NCBI GenBank assembly: GCA_011171075.1
Contig: DUFD01000038.1
Coordinates: 6,005-70,004 of the forward strand
Origin: Dehalococcoidia bacterium
GTDB lineage: Bacteria > Chloroflexota > Dehalococcoidia > Dehalococcoidales > Fen-1064
Length of the DNA stretch: 64,000 bases
Direction: 5' to 3'
Shown: positions 1-10,146 of the stretch, in pieces
How positions within the stretch are numbered: position 1 is the stretch's first letter
Layout of the letters: each line of letters begins with the position of its first letter
Made by a program: the position numbers and the translations under genes
Notes under the pieces: generated by a model
The model's database searches: none
What the model was told of the DNA's origin: nothing
The model's input: the letters and a program-made list of their open reading frames with translations, nothing else

Positions 1-1
1 A

Positions 2-517
2 AACGTATCTGCTGGCCCAAATACCATCACGGTCAGCGCTACCAATGTCCAGCTAGTTACCGCCAGTGATACGGTAACGATAGACGTACAGATACCCACC
101 TACGGCATACGAATCGAGTTGACGTGGGACAAAGATGATACTGACATGGATGCCCACCTTGTCCGGCCCGGAGGAGAAGTTTGGGACGGAACCGACGACT
201 GCCACTGGCTGAATCCGAACCCCGACTGGGGAATCATCGAGGTTAGTAACGATAATCCATCGCTTGACCAGGATAACCGGGTTGGTCTGGGACCGGAAAA
301 CATTACCCTGCAGCAACCTTATGAAGAGGGCACCTACCAGCTATTTATCCACTACTTCGACGACCATGATAACGGGTCTTCAGTGGCGACTGTCAGGATA
401 TGGATTGACGATGTGCTGGTGGCCATATTTGTCAAAGAGATGGCTCCCGACGAATTATGGGAGTGTGCCCTGATAGACTGGCCATCAGGTGAGGTATCAC
501 CGGGCAACGGCAGCTGA
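2..517 (+). CDS. 3' part of a gene for a secreted protein with a DUF2135/YfaP-like beta-sandwich domain (runs off the 5' edge)
   Basis: Frame 2 is open from nt 2. Motifs ELTWDKDDTDMDAHL, LDQDNRVGLGPENI and GTYQLFIHYF fit that domain. The listed start at 119 is only an internal TTG. Confidence 0.45.
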   Translation, partial: NVSAGPNTITVSATNVQLVTASDTVTIDVQIPTYGIRIELTWDKDDTDMDAHLVRPGGEVWDGTDDCHWLNPNPDWGIIEVSNDNPSLDQDNRVGLGPENITLQQPYEEGTYQLFIHYFDDHDNGSSVATVRIWIDDVLVAIFVKEMAPDELWECALIDWPSGEVSPGNGS

Positions 518-595
518 CACTAACGATAGTCGAAGACCAACAAGAGACCATTCTGCCATCGCCAGTCCTGAGGCTGCGGGGTAACGAAGATACAG

Positions 596-2440
596 ATGTC
601 TATGGTGAGTAGCCAGGCTCCTGACAGTAAAAGAGGGGCGACCCGCCGCCAGGCTAAACGCAGGTACAATACCCTGGCGTTACTGGGCCTGGGCATTGTC
701 CTTACCCTCTTTTTGGTACTGGTCCAGCCGTTTTACACCGCCAATCAGTGGATATCAGACCAGCTCTTCCTGGCAACAACACCCTCACCGAACATCGTTA
801 TTGTCGGTATTGACGACGCCACACTCGAGCAGTACGAGAGCAGGCTGACCGAATGGCCACGTAGTCTGCACGCACGGGCAATCGACAACCTGAGCGAGGC
901 TAACGCACAGGCCATCGGCCTTGATATCCTCTTTACCGATAGCTCACCGGATGACGATATACTGGCCGCGGCGATTGAGGAAGCCGGAAATGTCGTCCTG
1001 GCCATGGTCGGTACCGAAGCCCTGGAACTGACCGAGGAAGGTGTCGTCTATCAGCAATTCCTGCTTCCGGCGGCCTCCTTAAGGGAATATCCAGCAAACG
1101 TCGGGCACGCCAACATCACACCCGACCGTGACGGTACCGTGCGACGCCTGCCGCTTGTAATCACGGACAATACCGGACGGGTATACCCATCCTTAAGCCT
1201 GGCAGTGCTCCATACCCATTTCTCCATACCCCTCCCCGACTCATATACGTCCACGGACGGAGCCCTCAATGCTGCAGCGCGTGACATTCCGGTGGACTCC
1301 TCACTGCGACTCCGCGTCAACTTCTCCGCCGATGACGTCAGCCGGGCCTACATCTCCTATGCGGATGTCATAGAGGGCGATTTCGACCCTTCAATCGTGC
1401 GGAACAAGATAGTCCTGATAGGCATGACGGCCACCGGCGAGGTGGATGCCTGGAAGGTACCAACTTCATCGGGCAAGGTCCCCGGGGTGTACATCCACGC
1501 GGATGCCATGGATACCATACTGAACGAACAATACCTGACCGAGGCCGGCACCGGCGTGATGCTGCTGATTACACTGCTGCTGGCGGTAGTCGCCGCCCTG
1601 GCATTGCCCCGCCTGCGGTTACTCTGGGGAACCATACTCACTGCGTTACTGCTTATCGCTTTTCTCGTAACTGGCTTCTTCATGTTTGATGGCGGTTACG
1701 TCCTGGACATGCTCTATCCACTGCTGACACTCCTGATTGTCTTCGGCGGGAATGTACTCAGTCAGGTGATAATCGAGCGGTCAGACAAGCGTTTTGTCAG
1801 AGACCTGTTTGGCCGGTACGTTTCACCAGAAGTGGCCAGCGAGATACTCAGCCTGGCGGATGTCGGCAGACTGAGACTGGGGGGTGAGCAAAGAGAGGTC
1901 ACCGTACTCTTTGCCGACATGCGCAACTTCACCGCGGCCAGCGAGCGTATGACCCCGGAGGAAATCGTGGAGATGCTCAACACCTACCTGTCTATCATCA
2001 TAGACAGCGTACTGGAGAACGGCGGTATGATAAACAAGTTCGCCGGAGATAATGTCATGGCGGTGTGGAACGCCCCCCAGTTCCAGACGGACTATGCCCG
2101 TCTGGCGGTAAAATCCGCCTGCGAAGCCCAGAGGAAAATTGACGACCTGCAGAAGGACGATTCCTCACCAACCAGGGTGCAGTTCGGTATCGGTATCAAT
2201 ACCGGGGACGCCGTGGCTGGCAACGTGGGTTCGACGGGGCGTGCCGAGTACACTGTAATCGGTGATGCGGTCAATCTGGCTTCCCGTATCTGCAGCGCCG
2301 CCCCGGGGGGCAAGGTCTGGATTGGCCCGGAGACCTACCGCCAGGCCGCCGAATATCTGGAAGTCGAGGAGATGGCACCACAGACCTTCAAGGGAAAGGC
2401 TGAGCCGGTGGTAGTCTACCAGGTAATCAGCTGTCGATAG
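596..2440 (+). CDS. CHASE2 sensor-domain class III adenylate/guanylate cyclase
   Basis: N-terminal TM helix, periplasmic CHASE2-like block (IVIVGIDD...LDILF), three C-proximal TM helices, then a cyclase core (VTVLFADMRNFT, GDNVMAVWNAP, GINTGDAVAGNVG, YTVIGDAVNLASR). Confidence 0.85.
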   Translation: MSMVSSQAPDSKRGATRRQAKRRYNTLALLGLGIVLTLFLVLVQPFYTANQWISDQLFLATTPSPNIVIVGIDDATLEQYESRLTEWPRSLHARAIDNLSEANAQAIGLDILFTDSSPDDDILAAAIEEAGNVVLAMVGTEALELTEEGVVYQQFLLPAASLREYPANVGHANITPDRDGTVRRLPLVITDNTGRVYPSLSLAVLHTHFSIPLPDSYTSTDGALNAAARDIPVDSSLRLRVNFSADDVSRAYISYADVIEGDFDPSIVRNKIVLIGMTATGEVDAWKVPTSSGKVPGVYIHADAMDTILNEQYLTEAGTGVMLLITLLLAVVAALALPRLRLLWGTILTALLLIAFLVTGFFMFDGGYVLDMLYPLLTLLIVFGGNVLSQVIIERSDKRFVRDLFGRYVSPEVASEILSLADVGRLRLGGEQREVTVLFADMRNFTAASERMTPEEIVEMLNTYLSIIIDSVLENGGMINKFAGDNVMAVWNAPQFQTDYARLAVKSACEAQRKIDDLQKDDSSPTRVQFGIGINTGDAVAGNVGSTGRAEYTVIGDAVNLASRICSAAPGGKVWIGPETYRQAAEYLEVEEMAPQTFKGKAEPVVVYQVISCR

Positions 2441-2489
2441 CGTGTCGGGTCGAGGTAGAATATAGTATACTACCCTGAAGGGGAACAGG

Positions 2490-3506
2490 ATGTCTGCGCA
2501 GGTCCGTAGAAGGTTTATCTTTGCCGGAATAGCCCTGCTATCCGTCCTGGTGATTGGCTCACTGGGATACTGGCTCATCGGGGGGCGCCAACACTCATTC
2601 ATAGATGTCCTCTACATGACAATCATCACTATTTCAACGATTGGCTTCACCGAGATAGTCGATATGTCCGCCAACCCTGCAGGCAGGATTTTCACGATAT
2701 TCATAGCTCTCTGTGGCATCGGTACTTTTGTCTATATCATCACCAATGTGACCGCCTTAGCAGTGGAGGGCGAACTGAGAGACACTTTCAGGAGAAGAAG
2801 AATGGAAAAGAAAGCCAGAAACTCCAAGGGGCATTATATTGTTTGCGGGGTCGGGTGGGTTGGTTCGCATATTGTTAGTGAACTCTGCGCCACACAAAGA
2901 CCGTACGTGATAGTAGATATAAACAAGGACAGTATCGAAAGGGTCGGCGATGAAGTCGCCGACGAAATAATCATTGAGGGGGATGCCACCGAGAACGAAA
3001 CGCTGCTAAAGGCCGGCATTGAGCAGGCTAAGGGAGTATTCGCCGTAACAGGAGATGATAACCACAACCTTGTCATCAGCCTGACGGCGAAACAGCTTAA
3101 TCCGGGTGTTAAAGTGGTGACCCGGTGCAACGAAACATCCAACGAAGCAAAAATGCGCAAGGCCGGCGCCGATGCCGTGGTCTCACCGGGATACATCGGC
3201 GGACTAAGAATGGCCTCCGAGATGATACGGCCAACGGTGGTATCATTCCTGGACATCATGCTGCGGGACAGGGACAGTAACCTGCGCGTCGAAGAGATCG
3301 CCGTACCCGACTCGCTCGCGGGAAAGACCATCTTGGAACTGGACCTGGGGAGGCACCGCCACCTGCTACTCCTTGCTATCCGCACCGGCGAGGACTGGCT
3401 CTATAATCCGCCCGCGGACTGCACGACCACACGGGGTTGCACTCTGGTGGTGATGACTACACCCGAGGACAGGGCTGCCCTGGAGAAAGCCTTCCAGACC
3501 TCCTGA
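2490..3506 (+). CDS. 2-TM pore-loop cation channel with cytoplasmic RCK (TrkA-N/TrkA-C) domains
   Basis: Two TM helices flank the pore segment TISTIGFTEI. Rossmann motif IVCGVGWVGSHI and a C-terminal TrkA-C-like block follow. Confidence 0.8.
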   Translation: MSAQVRRRFIFAGIALLSVLVIGSLGYWLIGGRQHSFIDVLYMTIITISTIGFTEIVDMSANPAGRIFTIFIALCGIGTFVYIITNVTALAVEGELRDTFRRRRMEKKARNSKGHYIVCGVGWVGSHIVSELCATQRPYVIVDINKDSIERVGDEVADEIIIEGDATENETLLKAGIEQAKGVFAVTGDDNHNLVISLTAKQLNPGVKVVTRCNETSNEAKMRKAGADAVVSPGYIGGLRMASEMIRPTVVSFLDIMLRDRDSNLRVEEIAVPDSLAGKTILELDLGRHRHLLLLAIRTGEDWLYNPPADCTTTRGCTLVVMTTPEDRAALEKAFQTS

Positions 3507-3746
3507 CAGGCAATCACCTGCTGGCTCCATTCTCCTTGTACCTTAGCAGTCCTACAATTTGAGGGGCCACGTACGCCAAGCTCACCATCCTGACCTCACG
3601 GGTCAGTTTATCTATCCGCCAGACGTCAATAATGACACCTCAGGTACTTTCAGCAATGACAATCAGGGGATAGAATTGCCTCAAAATAGCCCTTCCTGTT
3701 GTGCTATATCTACCAGACCTCGACCAGAGGAGGATAGAGAAGGGAA

Positions 3747-4109
3747 ATGGAAACAACTCACCGATTTGAATCGTTGCTGAGCAAGATAGCCAGGTGGCGC
3801 TGGCAACCTTCGCCGGCAGAAGACCACCAGCAGTGGCCTGTCAACCTGATAAAATGCCTGCAAAATGAGTTCCATCTTCTCCCCGAAGACATGACATCTC
3901 TCCAGTGGGTGACATTATCAGGGTCATTTGGCGGGTTCTCGGTAAGCGTAGTGCGCATCTTTAACCATGTCGAAGCACACGATAACGGGTTAAATATCAA
4001 CAGCTACCACGACCTTGACGAGCATCCCGAAGTAGTGGTATTCGAGGGCTACGTCTTCAAAGATGGCCCGGTACACCTTCGGAAGAAGGAATCACTGGTC
4101 GTCGTATAG
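3747..4109 (+). CDS. hypothetical protein
   Basis: 120-aa ORF preceded by GGAGGatagagaaggga. No recognisable motif. Confidence 0.35.
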   Translation: METTHRFESLLSKIARWRWQPSPAEDHQQWPVNLIKCLQNEFHLLPEDMTSLQWVTLSGSFGGFSVSVVRIFNHVEAHDNGLNINSYHDLDEHPEVVVFEGYVFKDGPVHLRKKESLVVV

Positions 4110-4150
4110 CCCAAGCTAGCAAATCAGTACACCTGAAAAGTAGCCGATAT

Positions 4151-4870
4151 TTACCTTTCCTTGAGTGGCACCGTTATTATAATCCGTGTTCCCCAGTTAC
4201 CCGAATCAGCCTCAAGACACCCGCCCATGTGGCGCAGTCGCTCAGAAAGAGCATAGAGGCCGAAACCGCCGCTCTTCCTTCCGTCGGAGATTACCGCGTT
4301 ATCAAATCCAACACCGTCATCCTGCACGGTAATCCGGAGATTACCACCCCCGCCGGAGACAGACACGCTGACAGCGTGGGCTTGCGCATGCTTGGCTACA
4401 TTGGTCAGCAGCTCCCGAACCGCCTGAAACAGCAATACCTTAACATCGACATCCACCGGCTTGCGCCTGGCATCATCTGTAAAACTCACCCGAATACCGT
4501 ACTTTTCCATCATACGGTCGGCAAGTTCCTTAATCGCCGCTTCCAGTCCGAGGTAGTACAGAGAGGGGGGATAGAGCTCGAACATCAGCAGTCGGGTCTC
4601 CTGGGCTAACTGCCGCAGAAGCTGGCATATCTCGTTGAGGGTATCCGCCAGAGCCGGGTCTGCGGTCGATTTGGCCAGTGCCGTCAGCCGTATCATACTG
4701 GAAACGAGTATCTCATTGGTGCGGTCGTGTAGCTCGATGGCGATGCGACGTCGCTCTCTTTCTTCCGCTAAGGAAAGCTGTGAGGTCAGCGACCTCAGTT
4801 CCCTATTGAGTCTCTCCAGTTCGGTAGCTCCACTGGTTATGTCATGCCTGCCAATCGCCATCACCGCCAC
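4151..4870 (-). CDS. cytoplasmic HisKA_3-type sensor histidine kinase without an input domain
   Basis: Coiled-coil N-terminus, H-box RRRIAIELHDR, and an HATPase_c domain with N-box (ELLTNVAKHA) and G-boxes (DDGVGF, GGFGL). Confidence 0.8.
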   Translation of the reverse strand: MAVMAIGRHDITSGATELERLNRELRSLTSQLSLAEERERRRIAIELHDRTNEILVSSMIRLTALAKSTADPALADTLNEICQLLRQLAQETRLLMFELYPPSLYYLGLEAAIKELADRMMEKYGIRVSFTDDARRKPVDVDVKVLLFQAVRELLTNVAKHAQAHAVSVSVSGGGGNLRITVQDDGVGFDNAVISDGRKSGGFGLYALSERLRHMGGCLEADSGNWGTRIIITVPLKER

Positions 4871-5152
4871 CCCACACTGCGTAATTGGATAAATATTTAC
4901 GCTTCAGTGAACCTTGGCCACAGATGCTTCGGGAACTTATTATAGCAGTAACTAAAGCAATATCATGCAGCTTTAGGTATCAATAAGGAGTACAGAAAAA
5001 GATGTATCTTCATACCTAGCGTGTGTGAAGAAAGTAGAGATGAGGGGTTACCGAAGGTGTTTATGCCGCTGTACTTGAATATTAAAAATTAATTATGATT
5101 AAATTGTAGATACGCTAGTATCTCGTGTTCCAACTAAGGAAAATTTAGAGTT

Positions 5153-5440
5153 ATGAAATACAAAGATCCTGCTGCACAATTGATAAATTTTGAAGTAACT
5201 GATAGCGAAACTAGGACAACGTTAAAGTTTGAAAAATTGCCCTCACTTCCGCTTGCTCCATCTTCATTTGGAAACATAACCGAGCCGAATCAGCCTTACA
5301 TTAAGCTTCACAAGGTTATCAAACGAGAGGGAAATACTGTTACTTTCAAGACTTATCAACCCCAGGCTTGTCTACTTCAGATTGGTGAGACATATTCCTT
5401 TAGACCTTTATGGACGCCTTGGCAGCTGGAGATAGCTTAA
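5153..5440 (+). CDS. hypothetical protein (low-GC island)
   Basis: 95-aa ORF in an AT-rich stretch. No motif recognised. Confidence 0.3.
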   Translation: MKYKDPAAQLINFEVTDSETRTTLKFEKLPSLPLAPSSFGNITEPNQPYIKLHKVIKREGNTVTFKTYQPQACLLQIGETYSFRPLWTPWQLEIA

Positions 5441-5485
5441 AGTAATCTAGAACAATGGCGAAAAGAATACTTTAAGGCGTCTGAC

Positions 5486-5746
5486 ATGCTGGCTTTTAAA
5501 AACAAGGACGGTTCAACGATAGGCAGAAGAATGGCTGACGGAGAAGCCATTGGTGACGGCTTTGTTGTTCCCAAAGGCTGGGAACACGAGCATTGTTCTC
5601 TTTGCTGGAAGACTATTTCTGAACTCGAACCTGATGAACATTTCGGATATGTGAACAATTCAGATTGGGTATGCCAGGAGTGCTATGATAAATATATTAA
5701 ATCCGGTTTTGGGAAAAAACTCGGCGATCTAGATTCAACGGTTTAG
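5486..5746 (+). CDS. hypothetical small zinc-ribbon protein (CxxC...CxxC)
   Basis: 86 aa with CSLC ... CQEC spaced like a zinc ribbon. Lies in the low-GC island. Confidence 0.4.
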   Translation: MLAFKNKDGSTIGRRMADGEAIGDGFVVPKGWEHEHCSLCWKTISELEPDEHFGYVNNSDWVCQECYDKYIKSGFGKKLGDLDSTV

Positions 5747-5838
5747 AATACCTTGGCCATTAGCTGAAACGTATACATGAAAATTCCAATGGTATTAAAC
5801 ATTCATAAGCATGGCTGGACGGACACCACCACTGATAA

Positions 5839-6621
5839 CTAACCGTCTTTACAGGTATCCTCCGCCATTATAGCGGCCCCAAGTGCGGTGACGAACTGAG
5901 GCTCCGGCGGCACCAGTAGCTCGACTCCCAGCTTCCTCTCCACCCAGCTGATAAGTCCGATGTTCAGAGCACCGCCACCGGTAATGGCACAGCGTTCCTC
6001 CATGCCGACCTTGCCCACCAGAGAGGAGATTTTCTCGGCAAGTGCCTGGTGGACACCGGCAACGATATCTTCCCTGGCAACACCCTCGGCCACCCGGGAG
6101 ACCGCCTCTGATTCGCCGAAAACGGCACAACCTGTTGTGAAGGTTACAGGGTTTTTCGACTTTAAAGAGAGAGGCCCGACCTCTTCCAGCTTTATCTGGA
6201 GGACATTCGCTATTATGTCAAGAAAACGCCCGCTCCCGCTGGCGCATTTCTCACTGACGACGAAATTAGCTATCTGGCCTTCTCCATTAAGACGCAGCAC
6301 CTGGGTGGACTGCCCCTGCACGTCGATAACCGTCCGCACCGAGGGATAGATACTGTATATCCCCCGGGCACAGCAACGGATATCGGCTATCTGCTGGTCA
6401 GCAAGCTCGACATTGGCTGAACCCTGACCGGTAGCCACGGTACAGGCAATATCCTCCCTGGTTACGCCCGCTTTGGCCAGCAACTCGTCAACCAGCTTCT
6501 GCGCAGCCAGTCGGTAGTTGACACCTGAGAGAAGCAGGTGTTGGGCTATCACGTCGCCATCTCCGGTGATAACACCCTTGCTGGTGGACGAACCAATATC
6601 AATTCCCAGATAATAGCTCAT
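5839..6621 (-). CDS. BcrAD/BadFG-family ATPase (benzoyl-CoA reductase D/A-type subunit or dehydratase-activator type)
   Basis: ASKHA-fold N-terminus YLGIDIGSSTSKGV, cluster-bridging Cys motif EKCASGSGRFLD, second Cys TGCAVFGESE. Confidence 0.85.
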   Translation of the reverse strand: MSYYLGIDIGSSTSKGVITGDGDVIAQHLLLSGVNYRLAAQKLVDELLAKAGVTREDIACTVATGQGSANVELADQQIADIRCCARGIYSIYPSVRTVIDVQGQSTQVLRLNGEGQIANFVVSEKCASGSGRFLDIIANVLQIKLEEVGPLSLKSKNPVTFTTGCAVFGESEAVSRVAEGVAREDIVAGVHQALAEKISSLVGKVGMEERCAITGGGALNIGLISWVERKLGVELLVPPEPQFVTALGAAIMAEDTCKDG

Positions 6622-6623
6622 AG

Positions 6624-7481
6624 CTATTCCTTCTCAAAGAAAGTGGCCCTATCAAGTCGGCGTTCCCCCGTCTGGATGGTCTCACCCCTGGCCAGCGCTT
6701 TCAGGACATGCTCCTTACCCAGTAAGGCCGCACCGAGCGCTCCGCTGAGCAGCGGTTCCTCCGGTACGAGCACCGGGCATCTCAGGTTCTCTTCCAGAGC
6801 CTTAACAACCCCTGCGTTCTTGGCAACCCCCCCCGTGAAGACCACATCCGGCTCCACCTTCAGTCTCTGTACCATCCGCGCCGTACGACTGGCCATGGCA
6901 TCATGAAGTCCGGCGACCACATCTTCCAGTGGTACACCTGCAGAAAGGTGGTTGACCACCTCCTGCTGGGCAAAGACGGTACAGGTGCTGCTGACCGATA
7001 CCTTCTGCTTCGAGCGCAGGGAGATACCACCCAGGTCTTCCACCTCAATGCCAAGGGCTGCCGCGATGACCTCGAGGAAACGACCTGTTCCGGCGGCGCA
7101 TTTATCACTCATAACGAAGTCGAGCAACTTGCCATCCCGAATCTTGAGCCCCTTGGCATCCTGGCCACCGATATCTATCGCCAGACGGACATTGGGGAAA
7201 AAGCTGGCTACACCACGGGCATGACATGACAGTTCCGTAATCTGCCGGTCAGCGAAGGGAACGTTTATCCGACCGTAGCCGGTAGCCATCACAAAGGATA
7301 TATCGTCAATAGACAGGGAGGCCTCTGCCAGCCCCTCCTCCATCACCCTGTTTGCCAGGTGCCGGTGTTCAGCACCGGTGTGGTGTACAACGTAGGCAAG
7401 AATCTGCTCGTCATCGTTGATGATGACGATTTTAGTCATGGTGGAACCCAGGTCAATGCCGGCGAAATAGATACGAACCAC
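6624..7481 (-). CDS. BcrAD/BadFG-family ATPase, second non-identical copy
   Basis: FAGIDLGSTMTKIV, DKCAAGTGRFLE, STCTVFAQQE. Only a 2-nt gap to the downstream ATPase gene. Confidence 0.85.
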   Translation of the reverse strand: MVRIYFAGIDLGSTMTKIVIINDDEQILAYVVHHTGAEHRHLANRVMEEGLAEASLSIDDISFVMATGYGRINVPFADRQITELSCHARGVASFFPNVRLAIDIGGQDAKGLKIRDGKLLDFVMSDKCAAGTGRFLEVIAAALGIEVEDLGGISLRSKQKVSVSSTCTVFAQQEVVNHLSAGVPLEDVVAGLHDAMASRTARMVQRLKVEPDVVFTGGVAKNAGVVKALEENLRCPVLVPEEPLLSGALGAALLGKEHVLKALARGETIQTGERRLDRATFFEKE

Positions 7482-7519
7482 CCCCTCTCAAGTCCAGCGT
7501 GCCGGGACGTGGCACGGAA

Positions 7520-8689
7520 TCATTCGATAATCTCAAGGAATCCCTGCACTCTCGTTCTCAGGGGCGCCAGAGCACCTTCCGTGTAGTCATGCTCCAGGTA
7601 GATACTCGGTATACCAACACTGTCGAGATAGTCGCGTACACCGGGGACGTCGTAACCGTGGGTATCACAATAACGCACCGACTCCATGATAACGCCGTCA
7701 GCTTTCCAGTCACGGACATAGTCTCTCAGGTAGCTGAAGCGGACTGCCAGGTCTGTCATGTAGTCCTTACGGACATCGGTATAATCCCTCGTCCTGAAGG
7801 TACGGGGGCACTTGATATCCACCAGATAGTGATGGGATAACCCGTCCAGGGGGTCGTTCGTCAGCTCGACATCACCGAAATATGCGCGGCTGCCGACACA
7901 GGTATCATCCATGACCACGTTAGCATCCAGGCCTTCAATCATCTCCGGCAGAGCGGTATCATCCAGGATACTGCCCCAAACCAGCAGACGGGCTGACTTC
8001 TTCTGCGGACCATCGTTTCGTTCCTTAACCTCATCAATGACCTCCCGAAGCAACTTATTGCCCTCATCCACCGGAATACTCTGAATCGCCTTGATTACCC
8101 GGATGGTCTCCACGCCCGATATCAGTGGCGGGTCTTGCTTCTTCAGCTCGTAAAGCTCGCGAACCAGCGCCCGTTGCTCGTTGTGCACCCTGACTGCCTC
8201 CTGGAGCCTCTCCTTAGTCATTTTTTGACCGGTTAAGTCTTCCAGAGCTTTCTGGTAGTCCTCCAACAATCCTCGTTCCTGCTCAAGGGAGGTCTCATGC
8301 AAGGTATGCGGGGTATCGATATGGAAAGAGAAGGGAGTCCGGACAGTGTAGTTCCAGATACCGCTCAGGCTCGAACCGACATCACAGATATGCGTGGTGA
8401 CGATGCCGTCCAGGAAGCTGTACTTCTCCTTCAGCCCTAGGTCCAGGCAACTGCGTAGAAAGGGACAGTTTACCGCCGGTATATATGAGTCCGCTTTGGT
8501 TATCGGCTCCCGCATGTCTCCAAAAATCCGGTACGGGACGATATCGAGGGCCGTCATCATCTCCAGCACGGGGTAAATACACAGATACCCCACTACCTTC
8601 TTACCCTGTTTCTGCAACTCAAGGGCCCGCCTGGAACGGTCTTGATATATCTCCTGTGCCCTTAAAAGACCCTTACTTGGCTCCGCCAT
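7520..8689 (-). CDS. BcrC/BadD/HgdB-family subunit of an ATP-dependent CoA-ester reductase/dehydratase
   Basis: 389 aa. N-terminal KKVVGYLCIYPVLEMMTALDIVPYRIFG is typical of the 2-hydroxyglutaryl-CoA dehydratase D-component family. Confidence 0.8.
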   Translation of the reverse strand: MAEPSKGLLRAQEIYQDRSRRALELQKQGKKVVGYLCIYPVLEMMTALDIVPYRIFGDMREPITKADSYIPAVNCPFLRSCLDLGLKEKYSFLDGIVTTHICDVGSSLSGIWNYTVRTPFSFHIDTPHTLHETSLEQERGLLEDYQKALEDLTGQKMTKERLQEAVRVHNEQRALVRELYELKKQDPPLISGVETIRVIKAIQSIPVDEGNKLLREVIDEVKERNDGPQKKSARLLVWGSILDDTALPEMIEGLDANVVMDDTCVGSRAYFGDVELTNDPLDGLSHHYLVDIKCPRTFRTRDYTDVRKDYMTDLAVRFSYLRDYVRDWKADGVIMESVRYCDTHGYDVPGVRDYLDSVGIPSIYLEHDYTEGALAPLRTRVQGFLEIIE

Positions 8690-8727
8690 TATCTTATCAG
8701 CCTCCTTGTGTCCTGCGCCCTATCGGC

Positions 8728-10107
8728 CTACCAGGGCATTCCCAGTTCTTTCCTGACCTTACGGTAGTGGTCCATCGTCTCCTCGAAGGCCTCTGCATTC
8801 CGCAGGGCCTCAGCCGGATTGAACGCACTCACATCGATAATATCCCCCTCGATTACCAGCGACGGGACTTTCAGCACATCGAGCAGCCGGTGTTGCAACA
8901 AATTTAGTCCCGCTGAGGTCGAACGACACGTCAGTAAAACGTGCAGAATAACGCCGTCAACCTGATAATCTTTTATGTGCCTTAATCCCATACGCGGGGA
9001 GGTACCATCACGGCGTATCTCATCGAGAATTATTTCGGCCTCTTCAGGCCCGTAGTCCTCTCTGAGGCTGTCCTCCAGACGGCGATAACGTCTCCTCACA
9101 TAACGCTCCATGGGATCGCTATACTTGCTCAGGTCAATGGTTATCGGTCGCGGTGGCCGGTAGGCGCTCTCAATAACGAAGTTCCAGCCACGGTCGGCGA
9201 GTTGCTCAAGGAATCCCAGGCTGTGCCAGGGCGGCAGCCCCTCGAACGAGAGGCGGTACCTTTCCGGTCGATTGATGCCGGCGATGCCTTTGTCCACCCG
9301 CTCCTTGACTTCGTCGTACATGCGCTCGAACCCCTTGGTGATAACATCCGGGTCTGCGGCACCACGAAACAGGGCAGCCGTCACGGCGCTCCAAAAATCA
9401 CGGGTGTTCATTGGACCGGGGTGGGCTTTACGCAGCTCGTTAATCTCCCAGCGCCACCGGTTAATCTCGTTGGTGCCACCACCGGTATATTCAAGCGCTT
9501 CCCAGTCCATCTTCTTCCCAAGTAGCTTCTCCAGAAAAGCAACAAATGCCTTTAGCTCCTTAATCAAAAAGTTGACGTTACGCTCGTGAGCGCCCTCCAT
9601 TAGCCTTTCTCTTAAACCGGGGTAGGGCGACTCAATGGTCCATACCGGGGCATCGAAAAAACGACCGAGCGACTGGAACCACTTGAAACGGGCGTCGCAT
9701 ACCTCACCCGAAGCCACGAGCAGAACCGGTTTAGGCATCCCTCCGGCCGGTGCCTCCGGCGGTATTTCACCATCCAGTTCTACCATCCGTGATGAGTAGC
9801 CTATACACGTCCGGGCGTAGCCACAGAGATGGGTAGGATAGCCTTCGGCTTCTGAGCGGTCAAGAAACGGGGTAGCCACTCCTTGAGCGGCACAGAGACT
9901 GCTGTAATTCTCGGGAAAGACGGTACTAACACCCATAGCGTTAAGGATGGCATTGGACCAGCCTTCAAGCATCACCCAGGCCACCGGCTTCCCTTCTTCG
10001 CTGGCCTCAACACCTCCTTCGTACATCTTGTCGACCTCTGCCCGAAGGGCATACATCGACTGCAACCGGTTAAGTGCCCTCGGTTTCGCTTCTGTTGTCA
10101 TCTTCAC
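8728..10107 (-). CDS. BcrB/BadE/HgdA-family subunit of an ATP-dependent CoA-ester reductase/dehydratase
   Basis: 459 aa of the same superfamily (KPVAWVMLEGWSNAILNAMGV, THLCGYARTCIGY). First gene of the four-gene block. Confidence 0.8.
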   Translation of the reverse strand: MKMTTEAKPRALNRLQSMYALRAEVDKMYEGGVEASEEGKPVAWVMLEGWSNAILNAMGVSTVFPENYSSLCAAQGVATPFLDRSEAEGYPTHLCGYARTCIGYSSRMVELDGEIPPEAPAGGMPKPVLLVASGEVCDARFKWFQSLGRFFDAPVWTIESPYPGLRERLMEGAHERNVNFLIKELKAFVAFLEKLLGKKMDWEALEYTGGGTNEINRWRWEINELRKAHPGPMNTRDFWSAVTAALFRGAADPDVITKGFERMYDEVKERVDKGIAGINRPERYRLSFEGLPPWHSLGFLEQLADRGWNFVIESAYRPPRPITIDLSKYSDPMERYVRRRYRRLEDSLREDYGPEEAEIILDEIRRDGTSPRMGLRHIKDYQVDGVILHVLLTCRSTSAGLNLLQHRLLDVLKVPSLVIEGDIIDVSAFNPAEALRNAEAFEETMDHYRKVRKELGMPW

Positions 10108-10146
10108 AATCCTCCCTGATAACTTCTTTGGCTATGCCCCCGTTAA

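Noticed and set aside
2440-3506. Idea that the CHASE2 cyclase and the RCK channel form a cNMP-gated pair.
   Set aside because: The channel's cytoplasmic domain is RCK/TrkA (NAD/Ca-type ligand fold), not a cyclic-nucleotide-binding domain. Adjacency alone does not support functional coupling.
3559-3780. 73-aa ORF upstream of the 120-aa hypothetical gene.
   Set aside because: It has a non-ATG start and no RBS, it overlaps the better-supported 3747 ORF, and its composition looks non-coding.
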